Shown here piece by piece: positions 29,106-36,893 of a stretch of 64,000 nt of DNA; the first letter of the stretch is position 1, and every line of letters begins with the position of its first letter. The DNA comes from an uncultured Clostridia bacterium. Lineage in GTDB: Bacteria > Bacillota > Clostridia > TANB77 > CAG-508. The notes under the pieces were generated by a model that saw only the letters and a program-made list of their open reading frames with translations, did no database searches and was not told the DNA's origin. The DNA is taken from positions 27,732 through 91,731 of the forward strand of contig CALXUS010000003.1 of NCBI GenBank assembly GCA_944391745.1. Direction: 5' to 3'. Made by a program: the position numbers and the translations under genes.

Positions 29106-29762
29106 ATGGAAATTTCAACATCTTTATTAAGTGTAAAAAAAGAAGATATTATACAAACAATATATAATTTAGAAGTAGCTCATACTGATTATTTTCATAT
29201 AGATGTTATGGATGGAAGATTTGTTGAAAATGATACATCTGAAACAATGAGAATTTTTTGTGAATACTTAAATCAAATAACTAATGTACCAATAGATATA
29301 CATTTAATGGTTACTAATATTAAGGAATATGTGGATAGTTATACTATTTTTAATCCTAATATTATAACTTTTCATTATGAGGCATGTAAAAATAAAGAAG
29401 AAGTAGATAATTATATAAAGTATGTAAAAGATAGAGAAACAAAAGTTGGTTTAGCCATTAAACCAGAAACTAAAATAGATGATATTATTGAATTCTTACC
29501 AAAAATAAATCTTTTATTAATAATGTCAGTAGAACCGGGAAAAGGTGGACAAAAGTTTATAGAATCTACATTAGAAAAAATCAAATATGCAAAAACTAAA
29601 ATAGATGAAATGGGATTAGAAACAGAAATAGAAGTTGATGGTGGAATCAATTTAGAAAATTCAAAAAATATAAAAGAAAATGGTGCAACAATTGCAGTAT
29701 GCGGTACAGCTCTTATTAAATCAAAGGATTATGAATATACTATAAGAAAATTAAAAGAGTAA
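29106..29762 (+). CDS. rpe: ribulose-phosphate 3-epimerase
   Basis: S.L......L........HIDVMDG.FV.N, D.HLMV, MSVEPG.GGQKF, EVDGGIN. Confidence 0.9.
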   Translation: MEISTSLLSVKKEDIIQTIYNLEVAHTDYFHIDVMDGRFVENDTSETMRIFCEYLNQITNVPIDIHLMVTNIKEYVDSYTIFNPNIITFHYEACKNKEEVDNYIKYVKDRETKVGLAIKPETKIDDIIEFLPKINLLLIMSVEPGKGGQKFIESTLEKIKYAKTKIDEMGLETEIEVDGGINLENSKNIKENGATIAVCGTALIKSKDYEYTIRKLKE

Positions 29763-29781
29763 TTTAATAAAAACAAATAAA

Positions 29782-29810
29782 AGAGCCCTCTCAATAAAAG
29801 AGAGGGCTCT
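29782..29810. terminator. GC-rich hairpin shared by convergent rpe and ORF 29823c
   Basis: AGAGCCCTCTC (29782-29792) pairs with GAGAGGGCTCT (29800-29810). Confidence 0.7.
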
Positions 29811-29822
29811 TCCTACACGAAA

Positions 29823-30209
29823 TTAAAACTTCATGTAGACCCCAATGGAATTCTTGTCATGAGCATAGATGTCGTACATAGCATTTGCACTAGGTACCTT
29901 ATTAAACAGAGACATAACGGATGTCAGGACGCTTTTGGCGTCTTCGTAAGAGAGATCGGAAATGATGATCGCGCGGATGTGTTCACCATCATTACTGATT
30001 GCAAAAGTTGAATCCTTATTGAGAGTTACTCTAGCGGTCTTTTCACAATTACCAGTGCGTACTGTTTCATGAAAAAGAATGTCGATAACTCTAAGAAAAA
30101 TCTTGAGTTCCACTTTATCTTTTTCATTAGTAGTTAACCTCATTGTTTTGGCAACTTCACTGATTAAGGTTGCAGTTTGAACCAGTTTTTCGTTCGTTTC
30201 TTTTTCCAT
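29823..30209 (-). CDS. hypothetical protein (orphan cassette D, 128 aa)
   Basis: ATG preceded by AAGGAG. No motif recognised. Hand counts are 43-45 % G+C over 29881-30000, against AT-rich flanks. Confidence 0.6.
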   Translation of the reverse strand: MEKETNEKLVQTATLISEVAKTMRLTTNEKDKVELKIFLRVIDILFHETVRTGNCEKTARVTLNKDSTFAISNDGEHIRAIIISDLSYEDAKSVLTSVMSLFNKVPSANAMYDIYAHDKNSIGVYMKF

Positions 30210-30262
30210 TGCAAATCTCCTTGTTGTATGGGGTTATGCTAAGAATAGCGCGTACAATCAAG

Positions 30263-30291
30263 ATTATATCATAATTGACATAATCAATCAA
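30263..30291 (-). promoter_or_regulatory. sigma-A-type promoter TTGATT-17-TATAAT for ORF 29823c
   Basis: On the minus strand, TATAAT is the complement of 30263-30268 and TTGATT is the complement of 30286-30291. Confidence 0.5.
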
Positions 30292-30385
30292 TAGTTGATT
30301 TAATATAAAAAAATATATATAATATATATGTTTAAAACGAATGCTGAAGAATATATAATAGAGAAATAAAAATAGAGGAATAAAT

Positions 30386-31018
30386 ATGAATAAAGAAAAA
30401 GCTGTAAAGATTATAAAAAAATTAAAAGAAATGTACCCAGATGCAACTTGTAGTTTAGACTTCAAAACACCATTTCAAATGCTTGTTGCAGTATGTTTAT
30501 CTGCACAATGTACAGATGAAAGAGTGAACAAAACCACACCAGAGTTATTTGCAAAATATCCAACAGTTTACGACATCAACAATATGGATATAAAAGTATT
30601 AGAAGAAATAATACATCCTTGCGGATTTTATAAAAATAAAGCTAAAAATTTAAAAGCAGCAAGTAAAATGATTGTAGAAAAATTTAATGGCAAAGTACCT
30701 GACAATATGGAAGATTTAACAAGTATCCCTGGAGTGGGGAGAAAAAGTGCAAATGTAATAATGCTAGAAGCATTTCATAATCCACAAGGAATAGCTGTAG
30801 ATACTCATGCAAAAAGAATATCTAATAGAATTGGATTTTCTAATGAAAGTGACCCACTAAAAATAGAACAAGATTTATTAAAAGTAATACCAAAAGAATA
30901 CTATTATGATGTTAATCATCTTTTAGTATGGCATGGAAGAAAAACATGTATAGCAAGAAATCCAAAATGTGAAGAATGTGCATTAAAGGATTTATGTAAA
31001 GAATATAATGAAAAATGA
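30386..31018 (+). CDS. nth: endonuclease III
   Basis: HhH-GPD element (L..IPGVGRKSANVI) and FeS cluster loop C.AR.P.C..C.....C. Confidence 0.9.
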   Translation: MNKEKAVKIIKKLKEMYPDATCSLDFKTPFQMLVAVCLSAQCTDERVNKTTPELFAKYPTVYDINNMDIKVLEEIIHPCGFYKNKAKNLKAASKMIVEKFNGKVPDNMEDLTSIPGVGRKSANVIMLEAFHNPQGIAVDTHAKRISNRIGFSNESDPLKIEQDLLKVIPKEYYYDVNHLLVWHGRKTCIARNPKCEECALKDLCKEYNEK

Positions 31019-31027
31019 TGAATTAAG

Positions 31028-31056
31028 TTGAAAAACATCAATATTCATAGTATAAT
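31028..31056 (+). promoter_or_regulatory. sigma-A-type promoter TTGAAA-17-TATAAT upstream of small ORF 31166
   Basis: TTGAAA 31028-31033, TATAAT 31051-31056. Confidence 0.4.
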
Positions 31057-31165
31057 AAAATCGTAAAAAGGGTTGGAAATGACAAAATGCACTTGCTAAA
31101 AAATATCTTATAAAATAAAGTAAAAGCTATTCGATAAAATGTTTTGAAAATAAGGAGTGGTAATA

Positions 31166-31333
31166 ATGAATATTGTTCCAAAGCCTGAAATGCATTCTAA
31201 AAAAACAATGAAAATCAATATCGATGCGATGAAAGTTAGAAATATAAACAAAGAGCTTCAAATGAAAATCGATGAAGCTAATCGCCGGCTTGTTAGAAGC
31301 GTAAATGATGCAAAAAAACAATATTTCAAATGA
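31166..31333 (+). CDS. small hypothetical protein (orphan cassette E, 55 aa)
   Basis: ATG preceded by AAGGAG (31152-31157). Translation: MNIVPKPEMHSKKTMKINIDAMKVRNINKELQMKIDEANRRLVRSVNDAKKQYFK. A strong terminator follows. It is below the track cut-off; the track's antisense ORF 31127-31321 has no SD. Confidence 0.45.
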   Translation: MNIVPKPEMHSKKTMKINIDAMKVRNINKELQMKIDEANRRLVRSVNDAKKQYFK

Positions 31334-31362
31334 GAAATGTTATATCGAATAGCAATAACTTT

Positions 31363-31405
31363 AACAACCACTATGGAAATAATTATCCATGGTGGTTGTT
31401 TTTTA
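31363..31405 (+). terminator. rho-independent terminator
   Basis: AACAACCACTATGG (31363-31376) pairs with CCATGGTGGTTGTT (31387-31400) with one mismatch, then TTTT. Confidence 0.75.
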
Positions 31406-31414
31406 AAAAACTAG

Positions 31415-31442
31415 TTGACATATTATTTTTTCGTGCTATAAT
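31415..31442 (+). promoter_or_regulatory. promoter of the thrS leader
   Basis: TTGACA 31415-31420, 16-nt spacer ending TGC, TATAAT 31437-31442. Confidence 0.55.
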
Positions 31443-31444
31443 AG

Positions 31445-31680
31445 ATATTGTAAAAGCAGTAAGAGACAAAGTAAAATAAAGGTTGCTTAAAGAGAGAATT
31501 AGTCATAGGCTGAAAGCTAATTCAAGTAAACATATTTGAAAAACTACCTCTTCAAGCTTCTAGCGAATAAGTTAGACGGTTGGTGCGTTATAGCCTAAAA
31601 TGAAGTGAAATATCCGGGTGGAACCGTGCTTATATAAGTACCCCAGAACATAATTTAATTATGTTTTGGGGTTTTTTGTT
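31445..31680 (+). promoter_or_regulatory. T-box riboswitch leader, Thr specifier
   Basis: AGAGA/GA-motif region in stem I. Candidate specifier ACU followed by A (31543-31546), with ACC overlapping. T-box sequence AAAUAUCCGGGUGGAACCGUGC (~31608-31629). Terminator CCCCAGAACAUAAU..AUUAUGUUUUGGGG plus a U-run (31641-31680). Confidence 0.85.
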
Positions 31681-31707
31681 ACTCCAAAACATAGAAAGGA
31701 AGTATTT

Positions 31708-33639
31708 ATGATTAAAGTAACTTTAAAAGATGGCTCTCAAAAAGAAGTAGAGCAAGGAATTTCAATTTATGACTTAGCTAAACAAATAAGTGAAGGATTA
31801 GCAAGAGTTGCTACTTGTGGAAGAGTTGACGGAAAAGTAGAAGATTTAAGATTTAAGCTAGAAAAAGATTGCAATGTTGAAATCTTAACATTTGACAGTG
31901 ATTTAGACGGAAAAAAGGCTTATTGGCATACAACTTCACACATAATGGCTCAAGCTGTTAAAAGACTATTTCCAAATACAAAATTAGCAATCGGTCCAGC
32001 CATAGATGATGGATTTTATTATGATTTTGACGTAGAAAATAATTTCACAGATGAAGATAAAGAAAAAATAGAAGCAGAAATGAAAAAAATTATTAAAGAA
32101 GATTTACCAATTGAAAGATTTTCTTTACCTAAAAAAGAAGCTCTAGAATTAATGAAAGATGAGCCATACAAATGCGAGCTAATTAATGATTTAGCAGAAG
32201 GCGAAGAAATATCTTTTTATAAACAAGGCGAATTTACAGACCTTTGTGCAGGCCCTCATTTAATGAGTACTGGAAAAATAAAGGCAGTCAAGATATTAAA
32301 TAATTCAGGAGCATATTGGAGAGGAAATGAGCATAACAAAATGCTACAAAGAATTTATGCTATATCTTTCCCTAAAGCATCTTTACTAGAGGAACATTTA
32401 CAACTATTAGAAGAAGCAAAACAAAGAGACCACAGAAAAATAGGAAAAGACTTAAATTTATTTATGACACATAAATTAGTAGGTTCAGGACTTCCAATGT
32501 ATTTGCCAGATGGAGCAACAGTTAGAAGATTGCTAGAAAGATATATTCAAGATAAAGAAATAAAACTTGGATATCAACATGTGTACACACCATGCTTAGC
32601 AAATACTGAATTATACAAAATAAGTGGTCACTGGGATCATTATAAAGAAGATATGTTCCCTGTAATGAAAATGGATAACGAAGAAATGGTGTTAAGACCA
32701 ATGAACTGCCCACATCACATGCTTATTTATAAAAATAGCTTACATTCATATAAAGATTTACCAATTAGAATTGGTGAACTTGCTCATGATTTTAGATATG
32801 AAGCTAGTGGAAGTGTATGTGGACTAGAAAGAGTTCGTGAAATGTGTCAAAATGATGCTCACCTTTTTGTTAGACCAGACCAAATAAAAGAAGAAGTTGG
32901 TAGAGTTCTAAACTTAATAAAAGAAGTATATCAAAAAGACTTTGGATTCCCAGCATCAAACTTTAAATATAGATTATCTTTAAGAGATAAAGATAATAAA
33001 GAAAAATATATAGACAATGATGAAATGTGGGAAACAGCAGAAAGTCAATTACGTGAAATATTAACAGAATTAGGAATAGACTTCTATGAAGCAAAAGGTG
33101 AAGCTGCATTCTATGGACCAAAAATAGACATACAAATAAAAACAGCTTTAAATCATGATATTACAATACCAACTTGCCAATTAGACTTTGCACTTCCTGA
33201 AAGATTTGAATTAAGCTATATAGGTGAAGATGGAAAAGAACATAGACCAGTTGTTATACATAGAGCAATTCTAGGTTCATCAGATAGATTTATGGCATTC
33301 TTGATAGAAGAAACAAAAGGAGCTTTCCCAGTATGGCTTTCTCCAAAACAAGTTAAAATTTTGCCTATTACAGATAAACATGTAGAATATGCAAATAAAA
33401 TAAAAGAAGAGCTACAAGAAAAAGGCATAAGAGTAGAAGTTGATGATAGAAATGAAAAGACAGGTTACAAAATTCGTGAAGCACAGCTTTCAAAAGTTCC
33501 ATATATGCTTATAGTTGGAGATAAAGAAATGGAAAATGGTACAGTATCTGTAAGAGATAGAAAAGAAGGAGATTTGGGAAGCATTAAAACAGAGGACTTT
33601 ATTAAGAGGATTGTAAAAGAAGTTGAAGAATATAAATAA
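31708..33639 (+). CDS. thrS: threonyl-tRNA synthetase (full length: TGS, editing, catalytic, anticodon-binding)
   Basis: MIKVTLKDGS (TGS), HT.SH..A.A (editing-domain HxxxH), RPMNCPHH, FRYE.SG...GL.RVR...QNDAHLF, VIHRAILGSSDRF, PVWLSP.QV. ATG 31708 after AGGAAG; the track start 31666 lies inside the T-box terminator. Confidence 0.95.
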   Translation: MIKVTLKDGSQKEVEQGISIYDLAKQISEGLARVATCGRVDGKVEDLRFKLEKDCNVEILTFDSDLDGKKAYWHTTSHIMAQAVKRLFPNTKLAIGPAIDDGFYYDFDVENNFTDEDKEKIEAEMKKIIKEDLPIERFSLPKKEALELMKDEPYKCELINDLAEGEEISFYKQGEFTDLCAGPHLMSTGKIKAVKILNNSGAYWRGNEHNKMLQRIYAISFPKASLLEEHLQLLEEAKQRDHRKIGKDLNLFMTHKLVGSGLPMYLPDGATVRRLLERYIQDKEIKLGYQHVYTPCLANTELYKISGHWDHYKEDMFPVMKMDNEEMVLRPMNCPHHMLIYKNSLHSYKDLPIRIGELAHDFRYEASGSVCGLERVREMCQNDAHLFVRPDQIKEEVGRVLNLIKEVYQKDFGFPASNFKYRLSLRDKDNKEKYIDNDEMWETAESQLREILTELGIDFYEAKGEAAFYGPKIDIQIKTALNHDITIPTCQLDFALPERFELSYIGEDGKEHRPVVIHRAILGSSDRFMAFLIEETKGAFPVWLSPKQVKILPITDKHVEYANKIKEELQEKGIRVEVDDRNEKTGYKIREAQLSKVPYMLIVGDKEMENGTVSVRDRKEGDLGSIKTEDFIKRIVKEVEEYK

Positions 33640-33809
33640 AAATAAAGGGTTCACTTAAAAAGTGAGCTCTTTTAATTTGTCTAGTAGGAATAGTTTTAAG
33701 ATAAAGATATAAATAAAATGTATATCTCCATAAAATACACAACTGACTAATTTATTAGATTTTGAAAAAAATATATATTGCAGTTACAAAACATAAAAAA
33801 TAACTTTAA

Positions 33810-33838
33810 TTGACTTTTTTCATAATTCGTAGTATTAT
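33810..33838 (+). promoter_or_regulatory. promoter TTGACT-17-TATTAT in front of large-protein copy 1
   Basis: TTGACT 33810-33815, TATTAT 33833-33838. It is near-identical to the promoter block at 40760-40788. Confidence 0.5.
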
Positions 33839-33937
33839 GTAAATATAACCTTGCAACAATATTAAATATTTACTAGATATAAATAAAACTTAAAAATGAA
33901 CTTCTTTCTTGGATTAAGGATATTTAAGGAGTATATA

Positions 33938-36869
33938 ATGACATTAATAGAACGAATAAAAGGATTGTTTCATAGTAGAAAAATTACACATAATTTAGAG
34001 AGTACAGGTAAAGAAATAGAAACAACCGATGTGTCAATAATAGACACATCTAATCTAGAAATAGATAGAAATTTAACAAGAGAAGAAAATGAAAGTAGAA
34101 AAAAACTTTTTGAAGAGGTATCTTCAGGAAACTTTTCTACTTTTATTACTTATGGTAATGATATAGCTAAAAAAACAAACTATTATATGGATATTATAAG
34201 GAAAAGAATTAATCAAAATATAGAAGAAAATAAAATTTTAAGTAGAAATACGTCATTAGAACAAATAATTAGACAAAAAATAAAAATAATATTTAATAAT
34301 GCAGAAATAGATAGTATATTAAAAGATTTAAGAAATCAAAAAAGGAATTGCGAATTAAGAATAATAGCATTAGAAGATGTAGGAAATATAGAATTAAAAA
34401 AATCGAAAAGAAGAATATTTTTTATGAGAGATAAAGTAGACTCAACAAAAATAAATGCAATAAATAATGCAATAGCAAGACTTTCAGCTCATATAAGAAT
34501 AATAGATATGTTATGTCATAGTGTAAAAAATGAGCGATTAACATATTATAATGAAAATAATACATTAAATGAATTTTTAAGTAAAGAAAATGAAGAAGAA
34601 AGCAAGAAAATAGCAAAAGAAATATTAAATGAAACATATGAAGAATTAAAAACATCAATAAATGCAATAGCAACATTTTCAGATATACCATCATTAGTTA
34701 TAGATGGAAAGACTTTAGATAAATTAGATATAGAGAAAATGACACTAGAGGAAAAAGTAGAAGTTGTAGCATTGTCTAAAAGATATTTAGATTTATATGT
34801 AGCAGAAAATAGAAAGAAATTGTTATCAACAGGAGGACTTTTAGATAGAGCAAAAGAATATCAAAATAAATTGTGGGAAGAAATAGAAAGTGATTATTTA
34901 GACGTACCATTATGGGCAAAAAAAGTATTGGACTATTTAGATACTGGCACATGGGAAACTATACAAGAAAAAAATAGATTATATTATATATATCATTCTA
35001 GAATAGAAATTTTCGAAAAGTTAAATCTTGTATTTGGAGAAGAAATTCCAGAAGATTTTAAAGAAAGGTTTTATAAAATTAAATTTTATTACTATGCACT
35101 ATATAATGAAACTAATAATAATGATTCATTTAAAGATAAGCCATTTGAAATTAAAAGTGAAGAGGAAAAAAATTATTATTTAAAATTTATAACTGAAATA
35201 GTTGATAAAATACATAGAGAATCAAATGATGGTGAATTATTGAATTTTATGGATAAGTATTTATCTTTGAAAAATCCAGATGAAATATTAGAGCATTATA
35301 ATAAATTAACTACATTATTAAGAATAGAAAAATTTGAGAGAGATGGATTATTTACTTTAATGTTTTATTTACATGATAATTTTGATTTACCTATTTGTCT
35401 TGACCAAATTTACACGGATAATTTAGAAAATTTAAAAATAATGCCTGATAATAATTCTTATAAAATGGCTAAAGATGTGTTAAAAATGTGGAAATCTACT
35501 ACTAATTTAGAAAAAATGTATAATGGATTTTTTGGAGATTATAATGATGGATGGAAACTAGTTAAAAGATTAAATGATGGACTTTATCCACGTTCAAATC
35601 CTGGAATTTATAAGATGAATTTTCAGAGTGAATATATTGAATTTTTAGTGCAAACTATAAGACAATACAATAAATTTGCAAGAAAAGCAAACATAGCATT
35701 AGAAAATAAATTTTGTTTGAATCCAGAATTTAATGTTAAAATGCATATAGGACAATATATTGCAATGTTTTCATATTTAATCGAAAAAATGACAGGAAAA
35801 GGTATATTAAAAGAAAGTGTTTTAGCTAAAATATGTTCAGATATTGATGAAGAAAATGATGAAAAAAATAACGGTAACAATGTAAATTTAGATTCAATTG
35901 GTGTATTTGATTACAATAAATTTCTTGAAAAAATATTACCTGATTTAAAAGAATATATGCATAACAATTTATCGAAGAGAGATTCTAAAATACTTTATCA
36001 AATGATGAGTGAAGATTGCAAAGGATGTACATTAAATAGTGGAAAAGAATTAAGAAGTATTTGTTTTCAAGATGATAAAATAGACGAAAAATTTGATTTT
36101 GATAAATATAAACATTATAAATCTATTATAGATATTTGTAAAAGTTTTTATAAATTAGGAATAGATGGATGGACTGTAACTTTTATGTGCTTAAAACTTG
36201 ACAAGGATTTTGGAATGGAAAATGTTAGAGATGAATTATTGACTAATTATCATATTAATCAAACTATTGATAAGTTTTATCAGTATGAAGATTACACATT
36301 AAATATGTATAATATAGTTAATGGATTAAGATGCTGTTGCTCTGATAGAGTATATGAAAAAGATGATATGACTTTAGAAAGTTTAAATGATTGTATAGAA
36401 TTTTTTATACTTAATCGATTAACAGATAAAGATGTTTTGAAAAATGAAGAAGATTTTAGAATAGCATCTTATATAGCTCATTATTATAGAAAGGTGATTG
36501 AGCGGTTATGGAGATTACAAATCAATATTAGATGATGGATTTGCTTACTTTTATATGGGATGTATTAATTTAGTAGGACGATATAACAATGGTCCAAAAA
36601 CTTCGGCAATGGATTTTAGATTTTTACCTCATGATGAAAAAAAGAGACAGTCTATACCGGAGGATTATCAAAAAATATATGAATTATATAAAAGAATAAA
36701 AGATGTTTTTGAAAGTACTGATAATATGAAAGAAATTTTATGTCCAGATTTAGTAAGAGTTATTAAATCAAAAGATTTTTATAAAAGATTAGGTAATAGT
36801 TTTAATAAAGATAGAAAAATAAATCCAAGTGTATTATTTGATATAAATAGAAAAAACATAAAAGAATAA
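33938..36869 (+). pseudogene. large orphan protein, paralogue 1 (~980 aa equivalent), split by a +1 frameshift at ~36498-36535
   Basis: ATG 33938 after AAGGAG. The ORF runs to TGA 36533-36535. The +1 frame ORF 36498-36869 encodes the family's C-terminal tail (..EILCPDLVRVIKSKDF..), which is collinear with copies 2 and 3. Confidence 0.7.
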
Positions 36870-36893
36870 AATAAATATTAAAAGGGGCACATA

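Noticed and set aside
31127-31321. The track's minus-strand 64-aa ORF.
   Set aside because: It has no SD and would be transcribed into nth. The + strand 55-aa ORF (31166-31333) has an SD and a terminator, so I called that one instead.
33938-34240. Faint resemblance of the conserved N-terminus of the large proteins (..FITYGNDIAKKTNYYMDII..) to the N-terminal region of TelA/toxic-anion-resistance-like proteins.
   Set aside because: It rests on a few residues recalled from memory and I cannot verify it without a profile search. It is not used for annotation.
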